Origin: Candidatus Bathyarchaeia archaeon | GTDB taxonomy: Archaea > Thermoproteota > Bathyarchaeia > Bathyarchaeales > Bathycorpusculaceae | Length of the DNA: 64,000 nt | NCBI GenBank assembly: GCA_050012255.1 | Contig: JBEKHN010000003.1 | Coordinates: 64,001 to 128,000 of the forward strand | Direction: 5' to 3' | The notes under the pieces: generated by a model | Databases searched by the model: none | Seen by the model: only the letters and a program-made list of their open reading frames with translations | Told to the model about the DNA's origin: nothing | In this document: positions 9,334 to 18,845 of the stretch, piece by piece | How the letters are laid out: each line of letters begins with the position of its first letter | How positions within the stretch are numbered: position 1 is the stretch's first letter | Made by a program: the position numbers and the translations under genes

Positions 9334-10506
9334 TTACCGTTGGAATGCCGCTCTCAAGCACTCTTTCATCGGGCTAAGGATTGTTTCCGCTTTATTGAGC
9401 GTTGGCGCATAGTAAGCTGTCTTCGCGGAGTTGGTCATGATGGTCTCTATTCCGAGTTTTTCGGTCCAGGAAACAACTGTGCACACGCCGGCCAATACTT
9501 GGCCTCCGCTTCTCTCTATTTCATTGGCATAGTCTCTGGCGGTTTCTTTGATGTGGCTTGAGGTGCAAACCCACAACTCTGTTCCATGCTTTACTTTCTT
9601 TCCCTGAACGGTTTGAGCGATTTGTTTCATCTCGGCTAAAGAGCAGTGTGGGCATCCTATGAAGACCAAGTCACACTTCTTGCACGATGCGGTGGACAAT
9701 TCTTGGATCGTGCGTCTTATGTCCTTGGCTTCTACGCTTACCTTCTCAATTCCTTTTGTCTCTGAACAATTGTTACAGTGAAACATATTTGTCATGCCTG
9801 TTGTGGCGACAGCCGCGCTTAGCTGTTTTAGGCTATCTTTTGAGGTTTTTTCCAGGCCTTGAATGATGGGAACCTTGTCTCTCAACAGCTTGCCTAGATG
9901 GATTCCAAGGGCGCCGAACTCTGTCTCGTTCTGCAGTCGCGTTTCGACGTTTACTAGGAGGTTTGGTTGTCGGTTTTCGGCTCTGTGCATCCCGTGGTCT
10001 GGCGTCTTGCCCATTATCGCTGCGGCGAGTGCGCTTGGTCCGCCCTCACGGTTTGTCCACGCGCCGAGAACAGAGTTGGCGTAGACTACGGCTGAGGATT
10101 CAGCCCATGCAAGGTGGGACTCGCGGCTCGGCTTTTCCAGGTAGTATGGCGTGCACGTTAGGGATTTTGTTGTGCCCATTCTTTCAAACTGTTCGAGGAC
10201 GTTGAGCTGTTTCTCGCACAGAGTCTTGGGCAACCTTTTTGTCAGGTGTTCCGGGTCGAGGCTCTGAGGGTTGAGTGTGGTTTTGACTTTTACCCTTGCA
10301 CCACCATCTGCTAATGCCTGAAGGAACTCTACTGGGGCGTCGCCTAACGTTTTGTATGAGACGCCCGAAACGTGTGCTGAGCTTATCGGAATCAGCTTTT
10401 CAGCGTTGAACAGGTCGCCTAGACGGGTGAGTATTTTCATGCAGGTCTGGTTTGCCCATCCACATTCGCCGTTGAGGATTCGTTCCTCTTCTTTAGTCAA
10501 GTACAC
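9334..10506 (-). CDS. Aconitase X large subunit (putative phosphomevalonate dehydratase large subunit)
   Basis: AHVSGVSY, TCTPY, LAWAESSAVVYANSVLGAWTNREGG, IGCPHCS, TNSAK. Confidence 0.92.
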   Translation of the reverse strand: MYLTKEEERILNGECGWANQTCMKILTRLGDLFNAEKLIPISSAHVSGVSYKTLGDAPVEFLQALADGGARVKVKTTLNPQSLDPEHLTKRLPKTLCEKQLNVLEQFERMGTTKSLTCTPYYLEKPSRESHLAWAESSAVVYANSVLGAWTNREGGPSALAAAIMGKTPDHGMHRAENRQPNLLVNVETRLQNETEFGALGIHLGKLLRDKVPIIQGLEKTSKDSLKQLSAAVATTGMTNMFHCNNCSETKGIEKVSVEAKDIRRTIQELSTASCKKCDLVFIGCPHCSLAEMKQIAQTVQGKKVKHGTELWVCTSSHIKETARDYANEIERSGGQVLAGVCTVVSWTEKLGIETIMTNSAKTAYYAPTLNKAETILSPMKECLRAAFQR

Positions 10507-10513
10507 GTGCTTG

Positions 10514-10927
10514 CTAGGTCCCCCTTCGTCTTACGATCTTGGCCACGCCTTTGCACGCGTCGACTTCAACCGTGTCGCCGGTCTTGATTTTCCTGATGTC
10601 TACCTGATCCATCATGGGAACGTTCGCTATTATTGCGCCAACTACGACAACAGAGTCGGCGGTTTGGTTGATTATTGCCTTCGGTGCCAGTCCTTTTTTG
10701 GCCAGAGAGTAGAGCACGTAGCTGCCCACTGTTGAGCCGTGGCCGTGGGGGAAGCACAGAACTTTGCCTTTTATGCATAGGCCAGATAGGTCATGTTTTT
10801 TCTCGATTATTTTGCCGTCCGCCGGGTCGACTCCGCCCAGAAAACTGATCGGTTTTGTGCTGACCAAGGCTTCTGCCCTGCAGCGGCCTTCGACGATGGC
10901 TCGGCCCTTCAAAATGACTGGCGCCAT
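10514..10927 (-). CDS. Aconitase X small swivel subunit (DUF126)
   Basis: ISFLGGVDP..G, GSTVGSY; adjacent to the large subunit. Confidence 0.92.
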   Translation of the reverse strand: MAPVILKGRAIVEGRCRAEALVSTKPISFLGGVDPADGKIIEKKHDLSGLCIKGKVLCFPHGHGSTVGSYVLYSLAKKGLAPKAIINQTADSVVVVGAIIANVPMMDQVDIRKIKTGDTVEVDACKGVAKIVRRRGT

Positions 10928-10939
10928 TCTTGAAAGCCT

Positions 10940-12220
10940 TCAGTAAGAGATCTTTGCCGATGAGGGGATCCTGCCCAAGACCTTTGTGGCTGCGGTGCTC
11001 ACTTTCTCCCGTTGCTCGGCCGTTGCGTAGACGCGCAGTATGTTCATGAACCCCTTTAGCGTTTCGAAGATTCTTGAGATCTCGCTTAGGCGTTGTGGTA
11101 TCTTCTTTCCTTGCGGTGTCTTGATGAACACTGGGATCTCCATGCTTTCCGTTAGCACCGAGTGTTCGTACGGGACGGACGGCACCGTGGGTACGTCGAT
11201 AATGACAGCTTCTGTTTGGACGTTTGCTTCTTCGGCGATTTCGGACTGTAACTGTTTCCTGTAGGATTCGCGGCTGAAGATGTTTGAAATCATCGTGTCT
11301 TTTTCGTAGAAGGTCTTTTCGTAAGCGCACTTGAGCATTTTCCTGTTTTCAAGGTCTCTGATGATCTTTTTGGATTTCGTGCAGTCTTTCAGCTTCGCGT
11401 ATACGGTGTAGTCGTCCATGGCTAGGTACTGTTCTGGGGTTTTGAAGCGTGTGAAGCCGAGTTCTTCGTTTGCGTTCTCCATGGCCGTAGCGAGCATTAT
11501 CTGCGCGGCTCTGCCGACTCGGTGGAAGTATATGCTCTTGAAGGATTCTATGCGGGCTATTAAGAGCGATTCTAAGGCCGAGAGTGCTCCCACCTCGACT
11601 GCCAAGTTTTCGCCCAGTACGTCTAACGTGTGGATCAGTCGGTAGATGTCGATGTACCCGTACTCTGCGCCCGTGTGGTACGTGTCTCGAACGATGAAGT
11701 CCTGCTTGTCAACGTCAACCGTGCTGCTTATTATCTGGTCTAGGAAGGCTTTTTTGGGTTTGCGCAGCTTTCCCACCGCGAGTTTTCCAACGTCCTGCGG
11801 GTTGCAGCCTGCCCTTCTTATGATATCGTTCAGTTCGCTCTTCTGGATTATCCACGTTGTGAGGTCTTCATGCGTCTTGTCAAGCTTCTTGTTGAGCAGG
11901 TACTCGAACACGTGTGAGAACGGGCCGTGTCCAACATCGTGAAGCAAGGCTGCAACTCTGAGCGTTTCTGCTTCGTCTTCGCTCACGTACTGTGAGATGT
12001 TGGGGTTCTCAGCCACTCTACCTGCTAGGTACATTACGCCGACAGAGTGTTCGAAGCGCGTGTGGTTTGCTCCGGGATAAACGTACTCTGCGCCGGCGAG
12101 CTGGCGCAGTCTGTGCAGCCTCTGAACGGGGTAGGAGTCGATGATCGTTTTCTCTTCCTGCGTTATGTACACGTACCCGTGCACTGGATCCTTTATTTCG
12201 CCCCAATATTCAGTGGGCAT
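10940..12220 (-). CDS. HD-domain phosphohydrolase (dNTP triphosphohydrolase/SAMHD1-like)
   Basis: DPVHG, QRL..LRQL, HTRFEHSVG, LLHDVGHGPFSH, DVDKQDFIVRD. Confidence 0.93.
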   Translation of the reverse strand: MPTEYWGEIKDPVHGYVYITQEEKTIIDSYPVQRLHRLRQLAGAEYVYPGANHTRFEHSVGVMYLAGRVAENPNISQYVSEDEAETLRVAALLHDVGHGPFSHVFEYLLNKKLDKTHEDLTTWIIQKSELNDIIRRAGCNPQDVGKLAVGKLRKPKKAFLDQIISSTVDVDKQDFIVRDTYHTGAEYGYIDIYRLIHTLDVLGENLAVEVGALSALESLLIARIESFKSIYFHRVGRAAQIMLATAMENANEELGFTRFKTPEQYLAMDDYTVYAKLKDCTKSKKIIRDLENRKMLKCAYEKTFYEKDTMISNIFSRESYRKQLQSEIAEEANVQTEAVIIDVPTVPSVPYEHSVLTESMEIPVFIKTPQGKKIPQRLSEISRIFETLKGFMNILRVYATAEQREKVSTAATKVLGRIPSSAKISY

Positions 12221-12459
12221 CGATTTTTCCCCATATGATCTTGAGTAGTCACTAATGCAGCCTCGCTCTTATAATGCCTGACGTTAGTTTCGTTTAAGAC
12301 GTGCGCGCGCAGGGTCGGAATAACCCGAAGAGGGCGTTGAGCTAGGAGCTCATGAAAGAATCTGCGCTTTTCTTCAAAGTCCATGATTTTGCTGTTGAAG
12401 CATGCCTTGCTGCAGTCAATTCTATAAGAGGTTACTTGTGATATTGCTGATGAGGGAAA

Positions 12460-13386
12460 ATGAGTAACCTGCATGACGTCATTATCGTGGGTGGTGGACC
12501 AGCGGGTTTGGCTGCTGCCATTCACTGTGGAACCTTCGGCTTGCGTACACTCGTTTTAGAGGCAGAGGAGAGGGCAGGTGGATTAGCAACAAAGATTCGC
12601 GGGTTAGAGAATTATCCCGGGTTTCAAAGGAAGGTTTCTGGGCTGAGACTTACGGAGAAAATGGCGCATCAAGCCGAGAAAAACGGCGCCGAACTTCACA
12701 CTTCAGAAGAGGTTACCAATCTTTCTTTGGACAGAGAAGACAAGGTCGTAGATACCAGAAAAAGTACGTATGGATGCAAGGCTTTGATCCTCGCGACTGG
12801 AGATGGAATGAAAGGTGTAGGAATGAAGTGGGAGACTTGGCTGGGTGCAGGCGTGGCCTACTGTGCTGAATGCGGTGCGCCTTTTTTGAAGGGGAAGGAC
12901 ATTGTCGTCGTTGGCAACGTCAAAGATGCCGTGGATGAAGCTCTGCGTTTAACGAGTGTGGCCAAGAATGTTAGGCTAGTTAATCACTGTGACATGATTG
13001 ACGTTGATGAACAGATGAGGAAGCAGCTGGAAAAAAGGAAGATCGGTCTGATAGAGGGTTTTGAAGGGAAAGAGATCAAGGGTAGACCGCCGTCTAAACA
13101 GCTTGTGCTGGGTCACCTGAGCGGTTCTGGAACTAAGACGTTGAGAACAAACATGGTTCTTGTGGTCGCAGGGGTCAAACCGTTTGTTTCAGTCTTGCGC
13201 AACGCGGGTATAAGGACTCATAGGCAAGGCTGCGTCGTCGCGGATGGGTTTGGAAGGACGAGTGTTGATGGAGTCTTTGCAGCTGGAGGGTGTGCTTCAA
13301 CGGTCGGGGACTTAGTACCCGCATGCGTGGGCGATGGAGCCGCGGTTGCCACCTGTGCACGCTTATATTTAGCATACGGATGCTGA
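12460..13386 (+). CDS. Thioredoxin reductase-like flavoprotein (low-MW type)
   Basis: GGGPAGLAAA, ENYPG, ILATG, YCAEC, TSVDGVFAAG; NADPH-binding motifs degenerate. Confidence 0.85.
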   Translation: MSNLHDVIIVGGGPAGLAAAIHCGTFGLRTLVLEAEERAGGLATKIRGLENYPGFQRKVSGLRLTEKMAHQAEKNGAELHTSEEVTNLSLDREDKVVDTRKSTYGCKALILATGDGMKGVGMKWETWLGAGVAYCAECGAPFLKGKDIVVVGNVKDAVDEALRLTSVAKNVRLVNHCDMIDVDEQMRKQLEKRKIGLIEGFEGKEIKGRPPSKQLVLGHLSGSGTKTLRTNMVLVVAGVKPFVSVLRNAGIRTHRQGCVVADGFGRTSVDGVFAAGGCASTVGDLVPACVGDGAAVATCARLYLAYGC

Positions 13387-13418
13387 GTCTCAAGCTAACC
13401 TCAACGGATGGATGAAGC

Positions 13419-14018
13419 ATGGGTGACCGCGGAATCTTCATTTGTGTTGAAGGGCTGGACGGTTGCGGAAAGACTACGCAGGCAAGGCTGCTCGTGAAAA
13501 GACTGAGAGGAGACTACGATGCAGTCTACACGGCTGAGCCGAGTTACGGAAGGATCGGAAAACTCATCAAGAAACATTATCTTCACGCTGATAAGCGTGG
13601 CTCTGCTGTGGTTGAGGCTTTGCTCTTCGCCGCCGACCGTTTTGAGCACTTGAAGAGTGAGGTTCTGCCCGCTCTGGATGAAGGAAAGCTTGTGGTTTCG
13701 GACCGCTATGTCTACTCGTCCTTGGCCTATCAAGGGGCGGCAGGGTTGGATTTGAAATGGATCGAGAAGATCAATGAACATGCCGTTCGCCCCGGTCTGG
13801 CACTTTTCATCGATGTCGAGCCGGAGACTGTGATTCGAAGGTTAAAGCGAAAGAGATCGGTGATGGAGAACCTTGAAACTCAACTGAAAGTGAGGGAGAT
13901 CTACCTTAGATTTGTCGACGAAGGTGCGCTTGTCAGGGTAGACGGAAACAGGTCGAAAACAGAAGTTGCGAGAGAAATCGCCTCAACGGTCAAGGGGTTC
14001 TTGAAGGAAGCCTGCTAG
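13419..14018 (+). CDS. tmk: Thymidylate kinase
   Basis: EGLDGCGKTTQ P-loop, LLFAADR, DRYVYSSLAYQG. Confidence 0.95.
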   Translation: MGDRGIFICVEGLDGCGKTTQARLLVKRLRGDYDAVYTAEPSYGRIGKLIKKHYLHADKRGSAVVEALLFAADRFEHLKSEVLPALDEGKLVVSDRYVYSSLAYQGAAGLDLKWIEKINEHAVRPGLALFIDVEPETVIRRLKRKRSVMENLETQLKVREIYLRFVDEGALVRVDGNRSKTEVAREIASTVKGFLKEAC

Positions 14019-14524
14019 GCGACTTCTTGAGCTCTCAGCACATTCCTGCAAAGTTGTGCGTTGATCTTGTCGGCTATGAAATAGGGAAGGTCCTTGTGTG
14101 ACACGTACATTAGTCCCTTTTCGTGGAAGACTCGCATCTGCGCGGTTTTCTTGTTGAAACTGAACCGGAGCATGTAATAGTCGAACTTCAACGGCGTTCT
14201 GGTCTCGTTTCGAAGTTTGTAGTAGCGTATGACGCAGAGAAAATCCATGGTTGAGAAAGGTTTTTTTCCTATGGCTTTTAGCAGTCGGCTTCTCTCTTCT
14301 TCGTCGAGATAGTTGAAGTCGTCGTCTTCGGCTACTCCGAACTCGAAGATGACCGTACACTGAGGAACTGATGGGGTGGCTACTTCTTCCAGGCTGAAGG
14401 TTCCATCGTTTAACTTGTGAAAGGTCTCGACCAAAGCTTTTTGCAGTGTCTTCTCTGAGATTGAGGTGACAAAACGCACGATTTTATGAACGCCTCCGGG
14501 AAAGTTGTTGTAGAAACCAAGCAT
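14015..14524 (-). CDS. Conserved hypothetical protein
   Basis: 169-aa ORF in operon-like position downstream of the UPF0148 gene. Confidence 0.7.
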   Translation of the reverse strand: MLGFYNNFPGGVHKIVRFVTSISEKTLQKALVETFHKLNDGTFSLEEVATPSVPQCTVIFEFGVAEDDDFNYLDEEERSRLLKAIGKKPFSTMDFLCVIRYYKLRNETRTPLKFDYYMLRFSFNKKTAQMRVFHEKGLMYVSHKDLPYFIADKINAQLCRNVLRAQEVA

Positions 14525-14539
14525 TTTCCTTGGTTCCAG

Positions 14540-14905
14540 CTAGGTTTTTCTGATCTTTCTTGTTCTTTCAACGTTTTCAAGCAGTCCAGAAAGAGCCGTG
14601 CCCAGCTTCTGAAGTTCCTCGGGGTTCTGCTCGCACTGCATCTTTTTTTGTATTTCCTGCACCTTGACTATGAGCGTGGCCTCAAGACTGTCGAGCGCTG
14701 CGGACCTTTCCATTCTGAGAGGCTCTTCCCCCTCCTTCACGACTACGACTTTCTTCTCGCATCTTCCACACCAGAGTACTCCGTTTTTCAGCCTGAACAA
14801 CGGTGAAGCGCACACGGGACAGGCTAACTCTGTCAGAGTTGACCCTCGCCTCAGCAAGTCTGCCATTCTTTTGATGTGCGGCTCTTCAGGTTGCTTTCGG
14901 GACAA
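14540..14905 (-). CDS. UPF0148 / Sjogren autoantigen p27-like zinc-ribbon protein
   Basis: MADLLRRGSTLTELACPVCASPLF...WCGRC. Confidence 0.88.
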   Translation of the reverse strand: MSRKQPEEPHIKRMADLLRRGSTLTELACPVCASPLFRLKNGVLWCGRCEKKVVVVKEGEEPLRMERSAALDSLEATLIVKVQEIQKKMQCEQNPEELQKLGTALSGLLENVERTRKIRKT

Positions 14906-14980
14906 GCTTTAAAACCTCAAAGTAAATAGGTATCAAGGCCTATATAACTAGGCCATAACGATCTTTGTGAGGTGGCGTGA

Positions 14981-15259
14981 ATGGTTAGGAAGAAGAAGAT
15001 GGAGGAGTACGAGGAGCGCATCAAACAGGCGATGGTCGTGCTCACCGCTGTTTCTGAAGACAACACGACGCCCAGAAACATCAGAAGGGCGGCCAAGGAC
15101 TCGATGAACGCTCTTCAATCGCCAGAGTTCACGCCTGCTGTTAGAGCTGCGAACGCGGTATCGCTTATGGACGAGATTTTGCAGGACCCGAACATGCCAC
15201 CCTACACCAGAGTGAAGCTTTGGAACGTTATGAGCTTGCTGGAAGCAATAAAAGACTAG
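14981..15259 (+). CDS. UPF0147 family protein
   Basis: DNTTPRNIRRAA, DPNMPPYTR. Confidence 0.92.
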   Translation: MVRKKKMEEYEERIKQAMVVLTAVSEDNTTPRNIRRAAKDSMNALQSPEFTPAVRAANAVSLMDEILQDPNMPPYTRVKLWNVMSLLEAIKD

Positions 15260-15298
15260 TGCAAGTGGCTGAACAATAATTGTTTGTGGCTTAGGTAG

Positions 15299-15649
15299 GT
15301 GATCGAAATGAAAGTGTTTCCATACAAGGACGTTGAAGCAAAAGCTGCGAATGAAGGGTCTTCAAAACTGAAAGTGAGATGGCTCATCACAAGAGAGATT
15401 GGCGCCCCAAATTTTGCCATGAGACTTTTCGAGATGGAACCTGATGGTCACAGTCCACTGCACACGCATGGTTGGGAACACGAGGTTTTCATCCTAGAGG
15501 GCGAAGGCGTCGTGAAGGGCGAGGGTGGAGAGAAGAAGTTCAAGCCCGGCGACGTTGTTTTCGTTCCGCCAAACGAGAAGCATCAGTTCAAGAACACTGG
15601 CAAGAAACTCGTGAAGTTCATCTGTCTCGTACCTTTCCATGAAGAGTGA
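15299..15649 (+). CDS. Cupin domain protein
   Basis: PLHTHGWEHEVFILEGEG...PPNEKHQF. Confidence 0.9.
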   Translation: MIEMKVFPYKDVEAKAANEGSSKLKVRWLITREIGAPNFAMRLFEMEPDGHSPLHTHGWEHEVFILEGEGVVKGEGGEKKFKPGDVVFVPPNEKHQFKNTGKKLVKFICLVPFHEE

Positions 15650-15742
15650 CGCAGTAGTCTCAGTTTGTTTTCGTCTTCGTTTACTCGCTAGAAATATATC
15701 CTAGTTGCTGCATCTAGTTCTGGGTTTCAGGGGATAAGCCCG

Positions 15743-17125
15743 TTGAAGTATGATGTGATAATTGTCGGCGCGGGGCCCGCTGGGATATTCTCCGCCCTAG
15801 AACTGTCCGAAAAGACTAAGCTGAGCATTCTCATGCTGGACAGAGGGCACGACATAAATCAGCGCAAGTGTCCTGCAAGCCGAGGGTTCGAGTGCGTCAA
15901 CTGTGACCCATGCACGGTCTTGTCTGGGTGGGGCGGAGCTGGAGCCTTCAGTGACGGCAAACTCACACTGTCCACGGAGGTCGGCGGGTGGTTAGACCAG
16001 TACGTTTCTGTAAAGGAACTGCATGGGCTTCTGGACTACGCGGACAGCATTTACCTGAAGTATGGGGCCCCTGAGCATGTTTACGGCACTGATGTCGAGA
16101 AGATAGAAGAGATTGAACGCAAGGCATCGCTTGCAGGTTTGAAGCTTGTTCATCAGAAGATCCGTCACATGGGCACCGAGAGATGTGCCCAAACGCTTCG
16201 AAAGATGCGGCAAGAACTAAACGGCAAGGTTGAGTTCAAACCGAGAACTGACGTGAAAGCCCTTATAGTGAAGAACAACGTTGTGGAGGGCGTTGAAACT
16301 GCAAACGGGGAGAAGTATCTTGCGAAGTATGTGATCGCTGGTCCAGGAAGAAGCGGGGCTGAATGGCTTAAGACGGAGGCTCAGACTCTGGGTTTGAAGA
16401 CGCTTAACAACCCCGTTGACGTCGGAATAAGAGTTGAAGTTTTGGCTTCGGTGATGGAAGACGTGACGAGCGTTCTTTACGAGCCGAAGCTCATATACTA
16501 TTCGAAGTCTTTCGACGATCAGGTTCGAACGTTCTGCGTTGCCCCTCACGGTGAGGTAATAACCGAATCGTACGATGGGGTTTTAACGGTCAACGGTCAA
16601 AGCTACGGTGAGAGAAAGACGGAGAACACGAACTTCGCCATTCTGGTGAGCACGTCGTTCACTGAGCCCTTCAAGGAACCCATAGCGTACGGAAAATATC
16701 TTGCCAGGCTGGGTAACCTGCTCAGCGGGAGCGTGATAATACAACGCCTGGGCGATTTGGAGTCGGGAAGAAGGTCCACTCCTGAGAGGATCGCTCGAAG
16801 CGTGGTGACTCCGACGCTGAAGAACGCGACACCGGGGGACCTGAGCTTCGTGTTGCCCTACCGCTATCTTGCAGACATAAGAGAGATGCTTCAAGCACTG
16901 GACAAGCTCACTCCGGGGCTGCACTCGCGAGACACGCTGTTGTACGGTATTGAGGTCAAGTTCTACTCGTCAAGGCTGCAGCTGAGCCATTGTTTGGAAA
17001 CGAAGATTCACAACCTCTTCACGGTAGGAGATGGAGCCGGCGTAACTAGGGGTCTGATTCAGGCTTCAGCGTCCGGCGTAATCGCTTCAACAGAGATAGT
17101 CAAGAGGGAGCAGCAGAAGGCATAG
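15743..17125 (+). CDS. FAD-dependent oxidoreductase (uncharacterised dehydrogenase family) with Cys cluster
   Basis: GAGPAG, CxxCxPC, GWGGAGAFSDGKL, VDVGIRVE, VRTFC, GDGAGVTRGL. Confidence 0.88.
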   Translation: MKYDVIIVGAGPAGIFSALELSEKTKLSILMLDRGHDINQRKCPASRGFECVNCDPCTVLSGWGGAGAFSDGKLTLSTEVGGWLDQYVSVKELHGLLDYADSIYLKYGAPEHVYGTDVEKIEEIERKASLAGLKLVHQKIRHMGTERCAQTLRKMRQELNGKVEFKPRTDVKALIVKNNVVEGVETANGEKYLAKYVIAGPGRSGAEWLKTEAQTLGLKTLNNPVDVGIRVEVLASVMEDVTSVLYEPKLIYYSKSFDDQVRTFCVAPHGEVITESYDGVLTVNGQSYGERKTENTNFAILVSTSFTEPFKEPIAYGKYLARLGNLLSGSVIIQRLGDLESGRRSTPERIARSVVTPTLKNATPGDLSFVLPYRYLADIREMLQALDKLTPGLHSRDTLLYGIEVKFYSSRLQLSHCLETKIHNLFTVGDGAGVTRGLIQASASGVIASTEIVKREQQKA

Positions 17126-17130
17126 AGCAC

Positions 17131-17883
17131 ATGGGTGTGGTACAGGAGATTAAATGTTCACACTGCGGCGCGCCAATAGCGTTCGAGCCAGGCGAAATGC
17201 TGGCAACGTGCAAGTACTGTGGTTTCACTGTTGTCATAGAGACTGGGCAGCCCTTCACTTTTGAACACTCTCTTTTGCTTAACAAATACGACCCGTCGCA
17301 GGTCGAGGAACCGGTCAGAAGCTGGATGCGGGAGGGTTTTCTAAAACCCTCAGACCTCGCGAGGAAATCAAAGATAGTCGAGAAAGAACTGATTTACTTA
17401 CCGTTCTGGGTTGTTTCAGTCGAGGCCAGAAGCAGTTACAAGGGGATTTTCGAGCGGATAACTCCTGCTGTCGAGAAGGAAGGAACAATCGAGAAAGAGT
17501 ACGATTGGCTCGTCTTGGCAAGGAAGGCGACGGAGTTTCCTACAAGGGATTATGAGGTGCCGTTGGAAGGGAAGATCCCTTACGACTTCCGGAGGATTGA
17601 AGCCTTCGCCAAAGTTCTTAACAGCGAAATGGACAAGAACCATGCTGAAGAGCAGGCAAAGCAGGAGATTGAAGACAACCATCGATTTCTGGCTCAGCAA
17701 GACGTGGACAAGATAGTTGACATGAAGACTGAAGTGAAGATAGAAGAGACGGTCTACCTGCACACGCCTCTATGGTTTGTAAAATACGAGTACAAGGGCA
17801 AGGATTACCAGCTGATCGTGGACGGTGCAACGGGGACCGCCATAAAGGGCGACATTCCACCCGCGGGCTTCGGAATATTCTGA
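17131..17883 (+). CDS. Zinc-ribbon protein (YdjG-like)
   Basis: CSHCGA...CKYCG; YLPFW; PLWFVKYEYKGK; VDGATG...G.IP. Confidence 0.75.
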   Translation: MGVVQEIKCSHCGAPIAFEPGEMLATCKYCGFTVVIETGQPFTFEHSLLLNKYDPSQVEEPVRSWMREGFLKPSDLARKSKIVEKELIYLPFWVVSVEARSSYKGIFERITPAVEKEGTIEKEYDWLVLARKATEFPTRDYEVPLEGKIPYDFRRIEAFAKVLNSEMDKNHAEEQAKQEIEDNHRFLAQQDVDKIVDMKTEVKIEETVYLHTPLWFVKYEYKGKDYQLIVDGATGTAIKGDIPPAGFGIF

Positions 17884-17936
17884 TCAAACTTTAAAAGCAA
17901 CGATATAACTAGTAGTCGAATAAAAACTGCGAGGAA

Positions 17937-18284
17937 ATGACAATGAAAACTGAACGCAAGCGTTTCAGCTACGGCGTCGGAGCTCTTGCCGTTATAGCCA
18001 TTTCCATCGGCGTCGCCGCGATAGTATACAGTCTCGGCATGCTTGCCTTCAACGCGTACAATCTTCTTGCATGGATTATCGGTCCTTGGGGAGTATACAC
18101 AGTCGTTTACTCGTTTGCGGCCAGTGGCGAATCAACCTATTATCTAGTCTGGGGAACCGTGATGGTTGCCGTGAGCGTCGTGGCAGGTTTCTACAACGTT
18201 ATACCAGCACTACTTGTCCTGGGAATACTGCTCATAGCTCTCGCAGTGATAGGAATAGCAGCATATTTGAGGGGTAGAAAATGA
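17937..18284 (+). CDS. Small multi-pass (about 4 TM) membrane protein
   Basis: Hydrophobic segments; stop overlaps the next start (ATGA). Confidence 0.75.
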   Translation: MTMKTERKRFSYGVGALAVIAISIGVAAIVYSLGMLAFNAYNLLAWIIGPWGVYTVVYSFAASGESTYYLVWGTVMVAVSVVAGFYNVIPALLVLGILLIALAVIGIAAYLRGRK

Positions 18285-18817
18285 GTGGAAAAGACTATTT
18301 AGACAAGGTGAAGGGGGAAAGAACTCTTCTTGAGAGGATGATGGGCTACATCCCTGGATACAGAGGTTACAAAGAAAAGGAGCTGAGACGTGAAAGCGAC
18401 CGTCTTGTAAGGATGGAAGCCGTCAGCAGACTCAAGGCTGCCAAGAACCCGATCAGAATGGCTTTTGCAAACCCAGCGGTGGTTCAGAAGCTTTCCCAGG
18501 GTGACGCGTACAGGATTGACGCTTTCAATTCTCGTCTCGACAGAATCACCCAGCGAATAGACAGAGCAGTCGCGGGCTACGCAGGCATGTTTGACGCGGT
18601 GAAGGTCAAAGAGGACAAGCTTGACTCGGTGACTCAATACGACGTGAGCTTGATAGAGAAAGCCGAAGAAATAAAAGCTGGCAGTGAACAGGTCGCCAAG
18701 ATGCAGCCGGGAAACGACGATTGGGGAACGGCGATGGACGCGCTGACGTCCAAGGTTGAGGAATTTGACGGTTTGATCGACAAGAGGTCGGAGATGCTCA
18801 GAGCTTTAGCAGGATGA
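18281..18817 (+). CDS. Conserved alpha-helical protein associated with the SPFH gene
   Basis: IPGYRGYKEKELRRESD and GYAGMFDAVKV motifs; helical character. Confidence 0.75.
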   Translation: MSGKDYLDKVKGERTLLERMMGYIPGYRGYKEKELRRESDRLVRMEAVSRLKAAKNPIRMAFANPAVVQKLSQGDAYRIDAFNSRLDRITQRIDRAVAGYAGMFDAVKVKEDKLDSVTQYDVSLIEKAEEIKAGSEQVAKMQPGNDDWGTAMDALTSKVEEFDGLIDKRSEMLRALAG

Positions 18818-18845
18818 CCTCGGGAACTGTAAGGAGGTGAATTGA

